Shown: positions 24,247-35,938 of the stretch, piece by piece
How positions within the stretch are numbered: the stretch's first letter is position 1
Layout: the number at the start of each line of letters is the position of its first letter
NCBI RefSeq assembly: GCF_902713615.1
Contig: NC_052147.1
Location: forward strand, 166,512,410-166,576,409
DNA: 64,000 nucleotides
Source of the DNA: Scyliorhinus canicula
Lineage: Eukaryota
Direction of reading: 5' to 3'
Made by a program: the position numbers and the translations under genes
Notes under the pieces: generated by a model
The model's input: the letters and a program-made list of their open reading frames with translations, nothing else
Told to the model about the DNA's origin: nothing
Databases searched by the model: none

Positions 24247-26895
24247 TTTGGTAAACCACTGTTACACCTGTATTAGGTGATGTAAGGTAGAACCTGTACT
24301 ACAGGTTCGCCGGTAGCCCCTGCCTGCTGGCTCCGCCCAGTAGGAGGAGTATAAATATGCGTGTCCTCTATTCAGCAGCCATTTCGCCAGCTGCTGTGAG
24401 AGGCCAGACATGTAACTGCAATAAAGCCACAGTTGTATCCAACCTTAGTCTTTGTACAATTGATCGTGCATCAATTTATTGCAGTAAGCTGGACCTCCGA
24501 ATCAAACTAGATCGCCTGCAGCTGGATCCGCAATCAAGCGACGCCAAAAAGAACTTAAATCACCGACTAGCTTGCTTTGAGGCCAAGATCAACTCAGCGA
24601 TCACCCCTCCAACGGAGGCTCAGAAGATACAGATCCTGTACTCAAGGTTGAGCTCCAGCGTGTTTCCGCTGATCCAGGATGCCCCGAACTACACAGACGC
24701 CTTGGCGCTCCTCAAAGAAAACTACGCACAGAAAATGAACACACTCTTCGCCAGCTACGTACTCGCCACTCCCTCTCAACTCCCTGGTGATGCCATAGAG
24801 AATTTCTGGTGGGCCCTAATCCCACTCGTCCGGGACTGTGACTGTCAGGCCATTACGGCCACCAAACATTCCAACCTTCTTATGCGCTATGCGTTTGTAA
24901 TGGGGATTGGGTCGGACCTCAAACACCAAAGACTGCTAGAAGGAGCCACGCTCAACCTAGCTGAGACTAAAAAGCTAGCACTCTCCATGACGGTCGCCTC
25001 AAGTAATGCTGAGGCCTCCCCCTCCGGCCGCGCGTCCCACCCCTCCTATCCCTCGTGGACCCCACAAACGGCCGCCCCTGCCGAGGCTTTACTCAGCGAG
25101 TACGCCTGCGCCACACGCCAACCCGCGCACCCCGGGGGTCCCCGATGTTACTTCTGCAGCCATCAGAAGCACCCCCGCCAAAGTTGCCCGGCCATTTGCA
25201 AGGCTTTCAGCAAAAAGCGGCATTTCGCGGTATTCCAGGCCCGCGCCGTAGCCGCTATCGCCCCCTCCGCCCTGACCTACACACAATGGGCACCGCAATC
25301 TTCATCCCGGACAACGCGCGGCCCGTGGGCGCCGCCATCTTCCCCCCCTCAGTCCACGTGCGACCCATGGGCACCGCCATTTTGTCCCCCGCAGGATCTT
25401 CAGGTGCCGCCATCTTGTCTTCCCCACGGGGCATGGACGCCGACAGCATTCCACGACGTGGGCCTCCCACACTCTCCATCTTCTGACGCCAGCGATGACT
25501 GACCGCAGCTCTCCTCAGTGACGATCGCCCAGTCTCGTCCGCACAACCTGGCCACCACTGCAACCAGTGTGAGAATCAACGGTCACGTGACCTCTTGCCT
25601 GCTGGACTCCGGGAGCACCGAAAGCTTCATCCACCCGGATATGGTAAGGCGCTGCTCCCTCGCAGTCCAACCCACGAACCAAACAATCTCCCTGGCCTCC
25701 GGATCCCATTCCGTCGTCATCCGGGGGTTCTGCACGGTCATTTTCACGGTCCAGGGCGTAGAAGTCAGCAGCTTCCGCCTCTACATACTTCCTAATCTCT
25801 GCGCTGCACTACTACTAGGCCAGGACATCCAGTGCAATCTCCAGAGCCTTACCCTCAAATTCGGCGGGCCCCTACCACCCCTCACTGGGTGCGGCCTCGC
25901 GACCCTAAAGGTCGACCCACCCTCCCTCTTTGCCTATCTAACTCCGGACTGCAAACCCGTCGCCATCAGGAGCAGACAGTACAGCACCCAGGACAAGACC
26001 TTCATCAGGTCCTGTCATAATATACACACTTGCCGCCACACTCATTCATGCAGGCAGACCAATGGCATTCTTTTCCCGCACCCTTCATGCCTCAGATATA
26101 CGGCACTCGTCCGTCGAAAAAGAGGCCCAAGCTATCGTTGAAGCTGTGCAGCATTGGAGGCATTACCTGGCTGGCAGGAGATTCACTCTCCTCACTGACC
26201 AACGGTCGGTAGTCTTCATGTTTAACAACACGCAGCGGGGCAAGATCAAAAACGCTAAAATCTTGCTGTGGAGAATTGAGCTCTCCACCTACAGTTATGA
26301 GATTTTGTATCGCTCCAAAAACTCAACGTGCCCCCAGATGCCCTATCCCGAGGTACATGTGCCAGCGCACAAGGAGACTGACTCCGGGCCCTACGCAACA
26401 ACCTTGGTCACCCGGGGGTCACATATTGTACCATCTTGTCAAGGCTCGCAATCTGCCCTACTCCGTCGAGGAAGTATGGACTGTCACCAGGGACTGCCAG
26501 GTCTGTGCGGAGTGCAAGCCGCACTTCTACCAGCTAGACAGTGCACGCCTGGTGAAAACCTCCCGCCAATTTGAAAGCCTCAGCGTGATTTCAAAGGGCC
26601 CCTCCCCGCCACCGACCGGAACACGTATATTCTCAGTGTGGTCGAGGAGTACTCCAGATTCCCCTTCGCCATCCCATGCCCCGATATGACGTCTGCCACC
26701 ATCATCAAAGCCCTAAATACAATCTTCACTCTGTTCGGTTTCCCCGCCTACATCCACAGTGACAGGGGATCCTCATTCATGAGTGATGAGCTGCATCACT
26801 TCCTGCTCAGCAGGGGTATCACCTCCAGCAGGACAACCAGCTATAATTCCCAGGGAAACGGGCAGGTAGAGAGGGAGAACGGGACAGTATGGAGT
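24247..26895 (+). mobile_element. truncated Gypsy copy (5' LTR 24247-24473, gag, protease, RNase H and part of integrase); inverted duplicate of the 13109-18533 insertion
   Basis: Same 5' flank CAGCCGTGCAAGG and same nested-LTR junction; gag reading frame to 25502; RT deleted. Confidence 0.92.
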
Positions 26896-27203
26896 TAGTA
26901 GCACCAGTATCAAGGCCATGATCTTCCAAAACTAACTCCGCTGGGCTCTCTCATATGCATAGGATGTCAGAGTCCCAACTGTCATAGCAAATCTTCTTCA
27001 TCCAGCTCAAGGAAGGACCACAAACAAGAGGAGGACAATTTGCAGTGCAGAAGGAGACTATTTAGCCCATCGAGTCTGCACCAGCACTTGGAAAGGGCAC
27101 CCTACTTAAACCCACAGCTCCACCCCGTCCCTGTAATCCAGTAACCCCACCTAACTTTTTGGACACTAAGGGCAATTTAGCATTGCCAATCCACCTAACC
27201 TGC

Positions 27204-29687
27204 ATATAGAGGTATAGAGAAATACAGCACAGAACAGGCCCTTCGGCCCACAATGTTGTGCCGAACTTTTGTCCTAGGTTAATCATAGAATTTTGGACAC
27301 TAAGGGCAATTTATCATGGCCAATCCACCCAACCTGCACATCTTTGGACTGTGGGAGGAAACCGGAGCACCCGGAGGAAACCCACGCACACACGGGGAGG
27401 ATGTGCAGACTCCACACAGACAGTGACCCAAGTCGAAATCGAACTTGGGACCCTGGAGCTGTGAAGCAATTGTGCTATCCACAATGCTACCATGCTGCCC
27501 TTAAGAAGAAATTAATCTACACTCCATTTTTCTACCCTAATCCATGTACCTATCCAATAGCCGCTTGAAGGTCCCTAACGTTTCCGACTCAACTACTTCC
27601 ACAGGCAGTGCATTCCATGCCCCCACTACTCTCTGGGTAAAGAACCTACCTCTGACATCCCCCCTATATCTTCCACCATTTACCTTAAATTTATGTCCCC
27701 TTGTAATGGTTTGTTCCACCCGGGGAAAAAGTCTCTGACTGTCTACTCTATCTATTCCCCTGATCATCTTATAAACCTCTATCAAGTCGCCTCTCATCCT
27801 TCTCCGTTCTAATGAGAAAAGGCCGAGCACCCTCATCCTTTCCTCGTAAGACCTACTCTCCATTCCAGGCAACAACCTGGTAAATCTCCTTTGCACCTTT
27901 TCCAAAGCTTCCACATCCTTCCTAAAATGAGGTGATCAGAACTGTACACAGTACTCCAAATGTGGCCTGACCAAGGTTTTGTACAGCTGCATCACCTCCT
28001 CATGGCTTTTAAATTCAATCCCTCTGCTAATGAACGCTAGCACACCATAGGCCTTCTTCACAGCTCTATCCACTTGAGTGGCAACTTTCAAAGATCTATG
28101 AACATAGACCCCAAGATCTATCTGCTCCTCTACATTGCCAAGAACCCTACCGTTAACCCTGTATTCCGCATTCATATTTGTCCTCACAAAATAGACAACC
28201 TCACACTTGTCAGGGTTAAACTCCATCTGCCACTTCTCAGCCCAGCTCTGCATCCTATCTATGTGTCTTTGAAGCCGACAACAGCCCTCCTCACTATCCA
28301 CAACTCCACCAATCTTCGTATCATCTACAAATTTACTGACCCACCCTTCAACTCCCTCATCCAAGTCGTTAATGAAAATCACAAACAGCAGAGGACCCAG
28401 AACTGATCCCTGCGGTACGCCACTGGTAACTGGCCTCCAGGCAGAATATTTGCCATCCACCACCACTCTCTGACGTCTATCGGTTAGCCAGTTTGTTATC
28501 CAACTGGCCAAATTTCCCACTATCCCATGCCTCCTTACTTTCTGCATAAGCCTACCATGGGGAACCTTATCAAATGCCTTACTAAAATCCATGTACACTA
28601 CATCCACTGCTTTACCTTCATCCACATGCTTGGTGACCTCCTCAAAGAAGTCAATAAGACTTGTAAGGCAAGACCTGCCCCTCACAAATCCGTGCTGACT
28701 ATCGCTAATCAAGCAGTGTCTTTCCAGATGCTCAGAAATCCTATCCCTCAGTACCCTTTCCATTACTTTGCCTACCACCGAAGTAAGACTAACTGGCCTG
28801 TAATTCCCAGGGTTATTCCGAGTCCCTTTTTTGAACAGGGGCACGACATTCACCACTCTCCAATCCTCTGGTACCACCCATGTTGACAGTGAGGACGAAA
28901 AGATCATTGCCAACAGCTCTGCAATTTCATTTCTTGCTTCCCATAGAATCCTTGGATATATCCCGTCAGGCCCGGGGGACTTGTCTATCCTCAAATTTTT
29001 CAAAATGCCCAACACATCTTCCTTCCAAACAAGTATCTCCTCGAGCTTACCAGTCTGTTTCACGCTGTCCTCTCCGACAATATGGCCCCTCTCGTTTGTA
29101 AATACTGAAGAAAAATACTTGTTCAAGACCTCTCCTATCTCTTCAGACTCAATACACAATCTCCCGCTACTGTTCTTGATCGGACCTACCCTCGCTCTCG
29201 TCATTCTCATATTTCTCACACATGTGTAAAAGGCCTTGGGGCTTTCCTTGATCCCACCCGCCAAAGATTTTTCATGCCCTCTCTTAGCTCTCCTAATCCC
29301 TTTCTTCAGTTCCCTCCTGGCTGTCTTGTATCCCTCCAGTGCCCTGTCTGAACCTTGTTTCCTCAGTCTTACATAAGTCTCCTTCTTCCTCTTAACAAGA
29401 CATTCAACCTCTCTTGTCAACCATGGTTTCCTCACTCGACCATCTCTTCCCTGCTTGACAGGGACATACATATCAAAAACACGCAGTCCCTGTTCCTTGA
29501 ACAAGTTCCACATTTCACTTGTGTCCTTCCCTGACAGCCTATGTTCCCAACTTACGCACTTCAATTCTTGTCTGACAGCATTGTATTTACCCTTCCCCCA
29601 ATTGTAAACCTTACCCTGTTGCACGCACCTGTCCCTCTCCATTACTAAAGTGAAAGTCACAGAATTGTGGTCACTACCTCCAAAATG
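27204..29687 (-). mobile_element. young 5'-truncated CR1 LINE; ORF2 has a single in-frame stop at 27936-27938; V-SINE embedded in 3' UTR (27285-27500)
   Basis: 590-aa RT ORF ([36 protein letters not shown]) continues in frame into 27537-27914; inserted into an older V-SINE (27040-27203, remainder ~29688-29705). Confidence 0.93.
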
Positions 29688-30499
29688 CAAATATCTTTGG
29701 ACTGCCAATGTCTGGGAGTCCTTTTCTCACACGAGACCTCCTTGGAGGTTGTGCTGAACTTATACTTTAAGGAACATCCTGATTGAAAGGTCACAATTCT
29801 TTGAGAACACCCGACAGCAAGAGGAGACCTGGAAAAGGAACCTGAGAAAGGTCCAAGGACCGATCCCACCTTTTGGAAACTCCTGCCAAGTGAGTGATTG
29901 AAGATGCAGCTCGAGGTTCTGTCTCAACATCCAACCCAGGACCCCCAGACCCCATGACCAGTAACACGGAGTATCTTATGTGGACAATCAAACTCGTGAG
30001 CGAGTGATCACCGCATTCTATCCATTATAGTTCCTTTACTGAAATAACATCCTCATGACAAGTCAAAGTGAAAAAAAAATCGTTCTTTCATTCTCTCCAA
30101 ACTCACTTTATATAGTAAAGTACCTTTTTAATGGAATTAACAGCTTCATGACAAGCCAAAGTTTAAAACTTAAAATATTTCTTCCTTTCACTTTATTTGC
30201 ATATTTATAAATGCTAAACACAAATAATATAAAACACTAACCCACTAAACCAATGGCTCCCGATGTCTTCTGCCACTGTTCAATGATCCTGGATTGAGAA
30301 ATAAAAGTACAAATAAAAAGGTGGAAAAAACGTACCTAACATTGGATCAAGTCGACTACTTTAGTGCTGTCGCTGCTTTTCCAATTTGCATGTCCAGAGC
30401 AGTGCACGAGTTCAAGATGCCAAAGAAAATCAACACCGCATGTTTCCAGCACAGAGGCCCATACGTCACACTTCTGGGTCATCATGTCATGCATGTGCG

Positions 30500-30775
30500 G
30501 TTAATTAAAAGTGTCAGGACAGGTGGACAGAGCAGTTAATAAAGCGTATAATATTCTAGGCATTATTAATAGTGGTATACAGAGTACAAGAGCATGGAGA
30601 ATATGCTGAACGTATACAAGGCACGGGTTAGACCTTGGCTGGAGTACTTTGTACAGTTCTGGGTCCCACTCTTGGAAGGATGTGAACAAATTGGAGAGAG
30701 TGCAGAAAGACGTGTAGAGAATGATTCCGGTGATGAAAATCTTCAGTAATGAGGATAGATAAGAGAGAATAGGGC
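30500..30775 (+). mobile_element. old CR1 fragment
   Basis: YKARVRPWLEY-like C-terminal RT residues. Confidence 0.6.
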
Positions 30776-31883
30776 TGTGCTCCCACTATCCAACAGCACT
30801 TTTCTGTTTTCTTTGGCCTCGGGGAAGTTTCACCCGCCGGGGCTGAACCAAGAGGAATTTCCTCACAGAAAGGCTATTTGCAGGTCATGGCATCTTGTCC
30901 GCCAGCTTACTCCCCTGCCCCACACTTTCAGATCTACTCCCACCCGTGTTTTTGACCCAACCCTCATCCATCCAATCTTGGGGAAGCTCCCTTCACACCT
31001 CAACCTGGCAAGCCCCACCTCAAACCGACTACTGCCAGTGGAAACCTGGCACCCAGCTACGCTGGCACTGCCAACCTGGCAGACTGGAAGTGCTACCTGG
31101 GTGGCATTGCCAGGGTTCCCAGCTGGCTATGATTAGGACACCGGCTGGCAGTGTCAATGTGCCCGGGTGCCAGGGGGAGTGCCAGGGTGCTACCCTGCCC
31201 TGGAGCCAACCATCTGGGATTTCCAAATCCGGGGAGGCCCTCGGGTGCTGTTACAACTGGTCAGTATGTGCGAATCAGCGCCCTGGCGTGGTCACCCAGG
31301 CACGGCCGGGTGTCCCGGGCACCTGGTGAATCCAGCATCCGAGTATTTAAATGAGCCATAAATGATTAGATCTGGCTCTCGTCGAGCGATGGCCCGAATT
31401 GGAGTTCGCGCGCGATATTACACCATGTGCCCGGATCCGCAGCGGGGTGCAATCGCGTCCTTAATCATTATTTGGGAGAATTGCGCCCGAAATCTGAATT
31501 AAAAAAATTAGTGGCTAGCAAAAATCTTCCATCTTCATTTATGGACATCATCATGTTAATCTGCACCTCAGCAAAAATTGACTCAAACAGAACAACAAAT
31601 CCATTTACCATTGTATTGTCCCTGGATATAGTCATGTCAATGAGGAAAGCAACTGAAGCAGATGTTGTTTAATTTACATCGTGAAGAAGCTGGGTATATT
31701 TTGAAATAAGTTCTTGAAAATGGATTTTGTAACCATTGTTGTTTGAAAACAGGTAGAATGTAGAAAGGACGATGGAATCTCCCTCTTTGTTTTCACATGA
31801 CAAATAAAATGAAGTGAAAGCAAAGTGAAGAGAATCAGTGACATGTCAAGCAACATGTCAAGTGATGTGTTTTGTTCTCTTTT

Positions 31884-31957
31884 TGCTGACGTTCAGCATC
31901 AAATTATTTGAATAACAAAGGAACAGAGCAGAGAGCATTTTGTACAGCGTATATATA
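31884..31957 (+). promoter_or_regulatory. crystallin gene 2 proximal promoter (MARE-like, Sox, TATA)
   Basis: TGCTGACGTTCAGCA 31884-31898; AACAAAG 31914-31920; TATATATA 31950-31957. Confidence 0.7.
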
Positions 31958-32016
31958 CCACACTGTACAATGTTTTGCCATGTTAAAGCGGTTACTCATC
32001 TAACTGTGAGCTCAAA

Positions 32017-35000
32017 ATGGCAAAGGCAAGAATCAGTCTGTTTTTTACAGGATGTGAGAGTTTGTCATTACTATTTCAGCATTCACAAGTTTATTAATTT
32101 ATCTTGTCTCTTTCCACAGATCATCTTTTACGAGGACAGGAACTTCCAGGGTCGGCACTATGAGTGCAGTAATGACTGTGCTGACCTGTCCCCTTACTTC
32201 AGCCGCTGTAACTCCATGCGTGTCATGAGTGACTGGTGGGTGATGTATGAGAGACCCAATTACATGGGATACCAGTATGTTCTTAGCAGGGGAGAATATC
32301 CTGACTACCAGCGCTGGATGGGATTCAATGACAACATCGGCTCATGTCGCACCTACCCATATGTAAGTTGGCTGTTTACTTCTTCTGCTCAGATGGAGAT
32401 CAAGAACATGTTCGCAGGGCAAAGCATCTAGGTTTGGGGAGTTGGCCTGTTTTTTCACACGGGCTAGATTCTCCGCCTCGCTGTGCCACATTTCCGTTTC
32501 ACCCCGTCGGCGAAATGCTCCGTTACGCCAGCTGGTCAATGGGGTTTCCCATTGTGGGGCTGCCCCATGCCATCGGGAAACCCCGAGCTGCCGATAAAAT
32601 GGAGCATCCCACTGGCAGAGATTTAACAGTAAAGAGCTAGAGCTGAGGTTTACAGTTTTAAATCTGCATTGGTCGAAATTAGAAATCATTGCTCCTCATT
32701 GGGTCATCATTGGGTCATATCATTTTACAGGCACTGTGTTACCTTGTAAAACAGGGTTAGGGCTGCCTCAGTCCCAGCTTTGGGTGCTCAGAGAACACAT
32801 TGATTGCACGGATTATAGTGGCTGTAGTGTTCTCAGCAGGTAACGCTGAGAAATTGCTTTTATGAAGAGTCTCCCTATTGTCCTAAGGACAATGTAGATA
32901 CTTGTCTAATTCCACAATCAGATCCCACATCCTCACATACTTCCAACAACTTCATATCTCCCATTCTCTGTGTCCACTCTCATCCAGTCCTTACGCTCCC
33001 CACATCTTTAAACTGCCTCTGGAGGGTATTTGTGCATCAACTGTTAATGAGTGCTGATGCTGAATTTGGGCCTTAGATTGGCACGTGGCTGCCTCCAAGC
33101 CTGGGAACAAAAACTCGTTCAGTTTCTACCTCATAAATACAAATGTGTTGGAGACTATTAGCATTTGGCAATGATTGGATAATATATTTACATCAAATTT
33201 ATTGCACAGAAACAGGTCGTTCAGTGCAATAATCATCAGTCATGTCCATGTGTTTATTCTCCACATTAATATTCTCCATCTCTCTTTGTTGAACACTGTG
33301 AGCAGGTCCTTGTTTCCCTTTTCTCCTCATGCAGTTACCTCACTGTAATGATATGTGTAGTACAAGTGTAGTAAAGGGTTAACATTTGATTTGATTTATT
33401 ATTGTCACATGTATACAGTGAAATGTATTGTTTCTTGAATGCTGTACAAACAATGCATACTGTACATAGGTAAGGAAGGAGAGAATGTTACAGTTATAGC
33501 TAGGGTGTAGAGAAAAGATCAACTTAATACGAGGTAGGTCCATTCAAAAGTCCGATGGCAGTCGGGAAGAAGCTATTCTTGAGTCGGTTTGTACGTGACC
33601 TCAATCTTTGGTATCGTTTTCCAGACGGAAGAAGGTGGAAATGAGTATGTCTGTAGTGCCTGGGGTCGTAACTTCCGAAACAATGGGTAAATCAAACACT
33701 AGATGGCGTTACTAAGTTATTGTATATAAGGCAGCATTTCTTGGAATTCCAGGAGAACATAGAACATACAGTGCAGAAGGAGGTCATTCAGCCCATCAAG
33801 TCTGAAGCGGTCCACTTCAGCCCTCACTTCCACCCTATGCCGTACCCAATAACCCCATCTAACCTTTTTGGTCACTAAGGGCAACTTACATGGCCAATCT
33901 ACCTAACCTGCACATCTTTTGACTATGGGTAGAAACCGGAGCACCCAGCGGAAACCCACGCAGACACGGGGAGAACGTGCAGATTTCGCACAGACAGTGG
34001 CTCAGCCGGGAATCGAACCTGGGACCCTGGCGCTGTGAAGCCACAGTGCTATCCACTTGTGCTACCATGCTGCCCGCCATGATGAGAAGCTGATGAGAGC
34101 AGAATGAGAATTTATTTTGGAGATATAGCATGAGGTCAAGTCATAGTTTAGTTTAATATTTAGACAGAATATTGATTATTCAGTATTATTAATTTAGAAT
34201 GTATTCCTCAGTAAAGTGTGCGAACCTAATCAAGTTTAGTAGTGTAAAATAAATTTGTTTTTATTCCAACTTCTTATTTTTATATTCTTTGTCAACACTA
34301 CTTATCTGTCTATCTTGGAGCAAAAGGCAAGAAATATAATACTCACTTCAACTTAAATGCACCATTAAAATATGTTCTATTTGTGTTAATAATTCTAGCG
34401 CCACATTGACTCATTAAGTTGTTCAACTCAAACTTTCTGAACGTCCCAACTCGAATAATTTATATTAAATACGCTTTTAGATCTGGAAAGAACTTATTGA
34501 ATTGAGGTTTATAATATTGGATTAGACAGAGATCTGTTGGAAAGGAGCGATTAATGGAAATTGCTATTGTAACCTTGTGGACTATATCGTTGTTCTAACG
34601 TGTTTTTTTACGAGAGGCTAGATTTGTATGAAATATATGTCTCGATTTCAGTGAGTGCTGCATCGGGACTTCCAGTCCTACTTCACATCACATCAAAGAA
34701 GGACAGCACGGTAGCACAGTGGGTAGCACTGTTGTTTCACAGCTCCAGGATCCCAGGTTCAATTCCCAGCTTGGGTCACTGTCTGTGCAGAGTCTACACG
34801 TTCTCCCAGTATCTGCGTGGGTTTCCTCCGGATGATCCGGCGTCCTCCCACAAGTCCCGAAAGATGTGCTGTTAGGTAATTAAGACATTCTGAACAGGCA
34901 CCGGACAAACACGTGAATGTGGCGACTCGGGCTTTTCACAGTAACTTCATGTCAGTGTTAATGTCAGCCTACTTGCGACAAGAAAAATTATAATTATTAT

Positions 35001-35938
35001 TGGAGTCGCATAAAAGTGAGATCAGGGTCACAATATGAACCCAACAAAACTGAACTTTGCTGATCTAAAACCATTCTAATAATTTTTATTATTTCGTTAC
35101 ATTGCCATTCCCATAAAAACGTGAAGAAAAATTTAATGCATTCCAGACACTCTCAGAAATCACAGAATTTAAGGTTTCCATTGCATCACCCCATTATCTG
35201 GGAAGTTATCCTTACCTTCAGTCCACTTACACAATACATTAATGCTCAGTAGAAAGCTGTTATAACTCATGATGTACTGATTCCACAAACAGCTCAGGAC
35301 ATCGAGGTTGTCAGGTATTGTGAACTCTCATTTCCACTCTCATCATCCACATAGGAGGACAAGATAATATTAACCTGAAGAAAAATAAACTAAACGTTTA
35401 CTCATCATAAGAAATGTTCTCTTGGGTCTCACATTGGATCTGACGAATAAATCCATTTTAACTGTATACAATTACACTCAATCTTAATCAGATGAAAATA
35501 TAATCCAAACATCCCTGTTCATGTTATTCAATTGTCCCAGCTCTACTCTTTTTGATAAACTTTTAAGTATGTCCCTTCTAATCCATTATCTCCATTTTTA
35601 TAGCCAGATTCAATTGTATAATTAATACCATCATCACAAATATGCTTTTCCCTCTATCACAGTACCGAGGTGGAAACTACAGAATGAGGATTTATGAGAG
35701 GCCTGACTTTGGAGGACAGATGATGGAATTCATGGATGACTGTCCATCTGTCTACGATCGTTTCCGTTACCGTGACATCCACTCCAGCCATGTGATGGAC
35801 GGTTACTGGACCTTCTATGAACATCCCAACTACAGAGGCCGACAGTACTTCATGAGACCCGGTGAATACAAGAGATACAGTGACTGGGGCGGCTACAACT
35901 CAACTATCGGATCTTTCAGACGCATGAGGGATTTCTAG
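32017..35938 (+). CDS. gamma-crystallin (shark gamma-crystallin S-1/gammaM-like), gene 2, 175 aa
   Basis: Exons 32017-32025, 32120-32362, 35663-35938; GC-AG intron 94 bp, GT-AG intron 3300 bp; differs from gene 1 by two K/R swaps; AATAAA 35988-35993. Confidence 0.96.
33755..34075 (-). mobile_element. V-SINE (CR1-tailed) in intron 2 of gene 2
   Basis: Complete tRNA head, V-domain and TATGTTC tail; truncated in gene 1. Confidence 0.85.
34700..35000 (+). mobile_element. V-SINE variant in intron 2 of gene 2
   Basis: CAGCACGGTAGCACAGTGG head, GGTTCAATTCC B-box, V-domain, (ATT)n tail. Confidence 0.75.
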
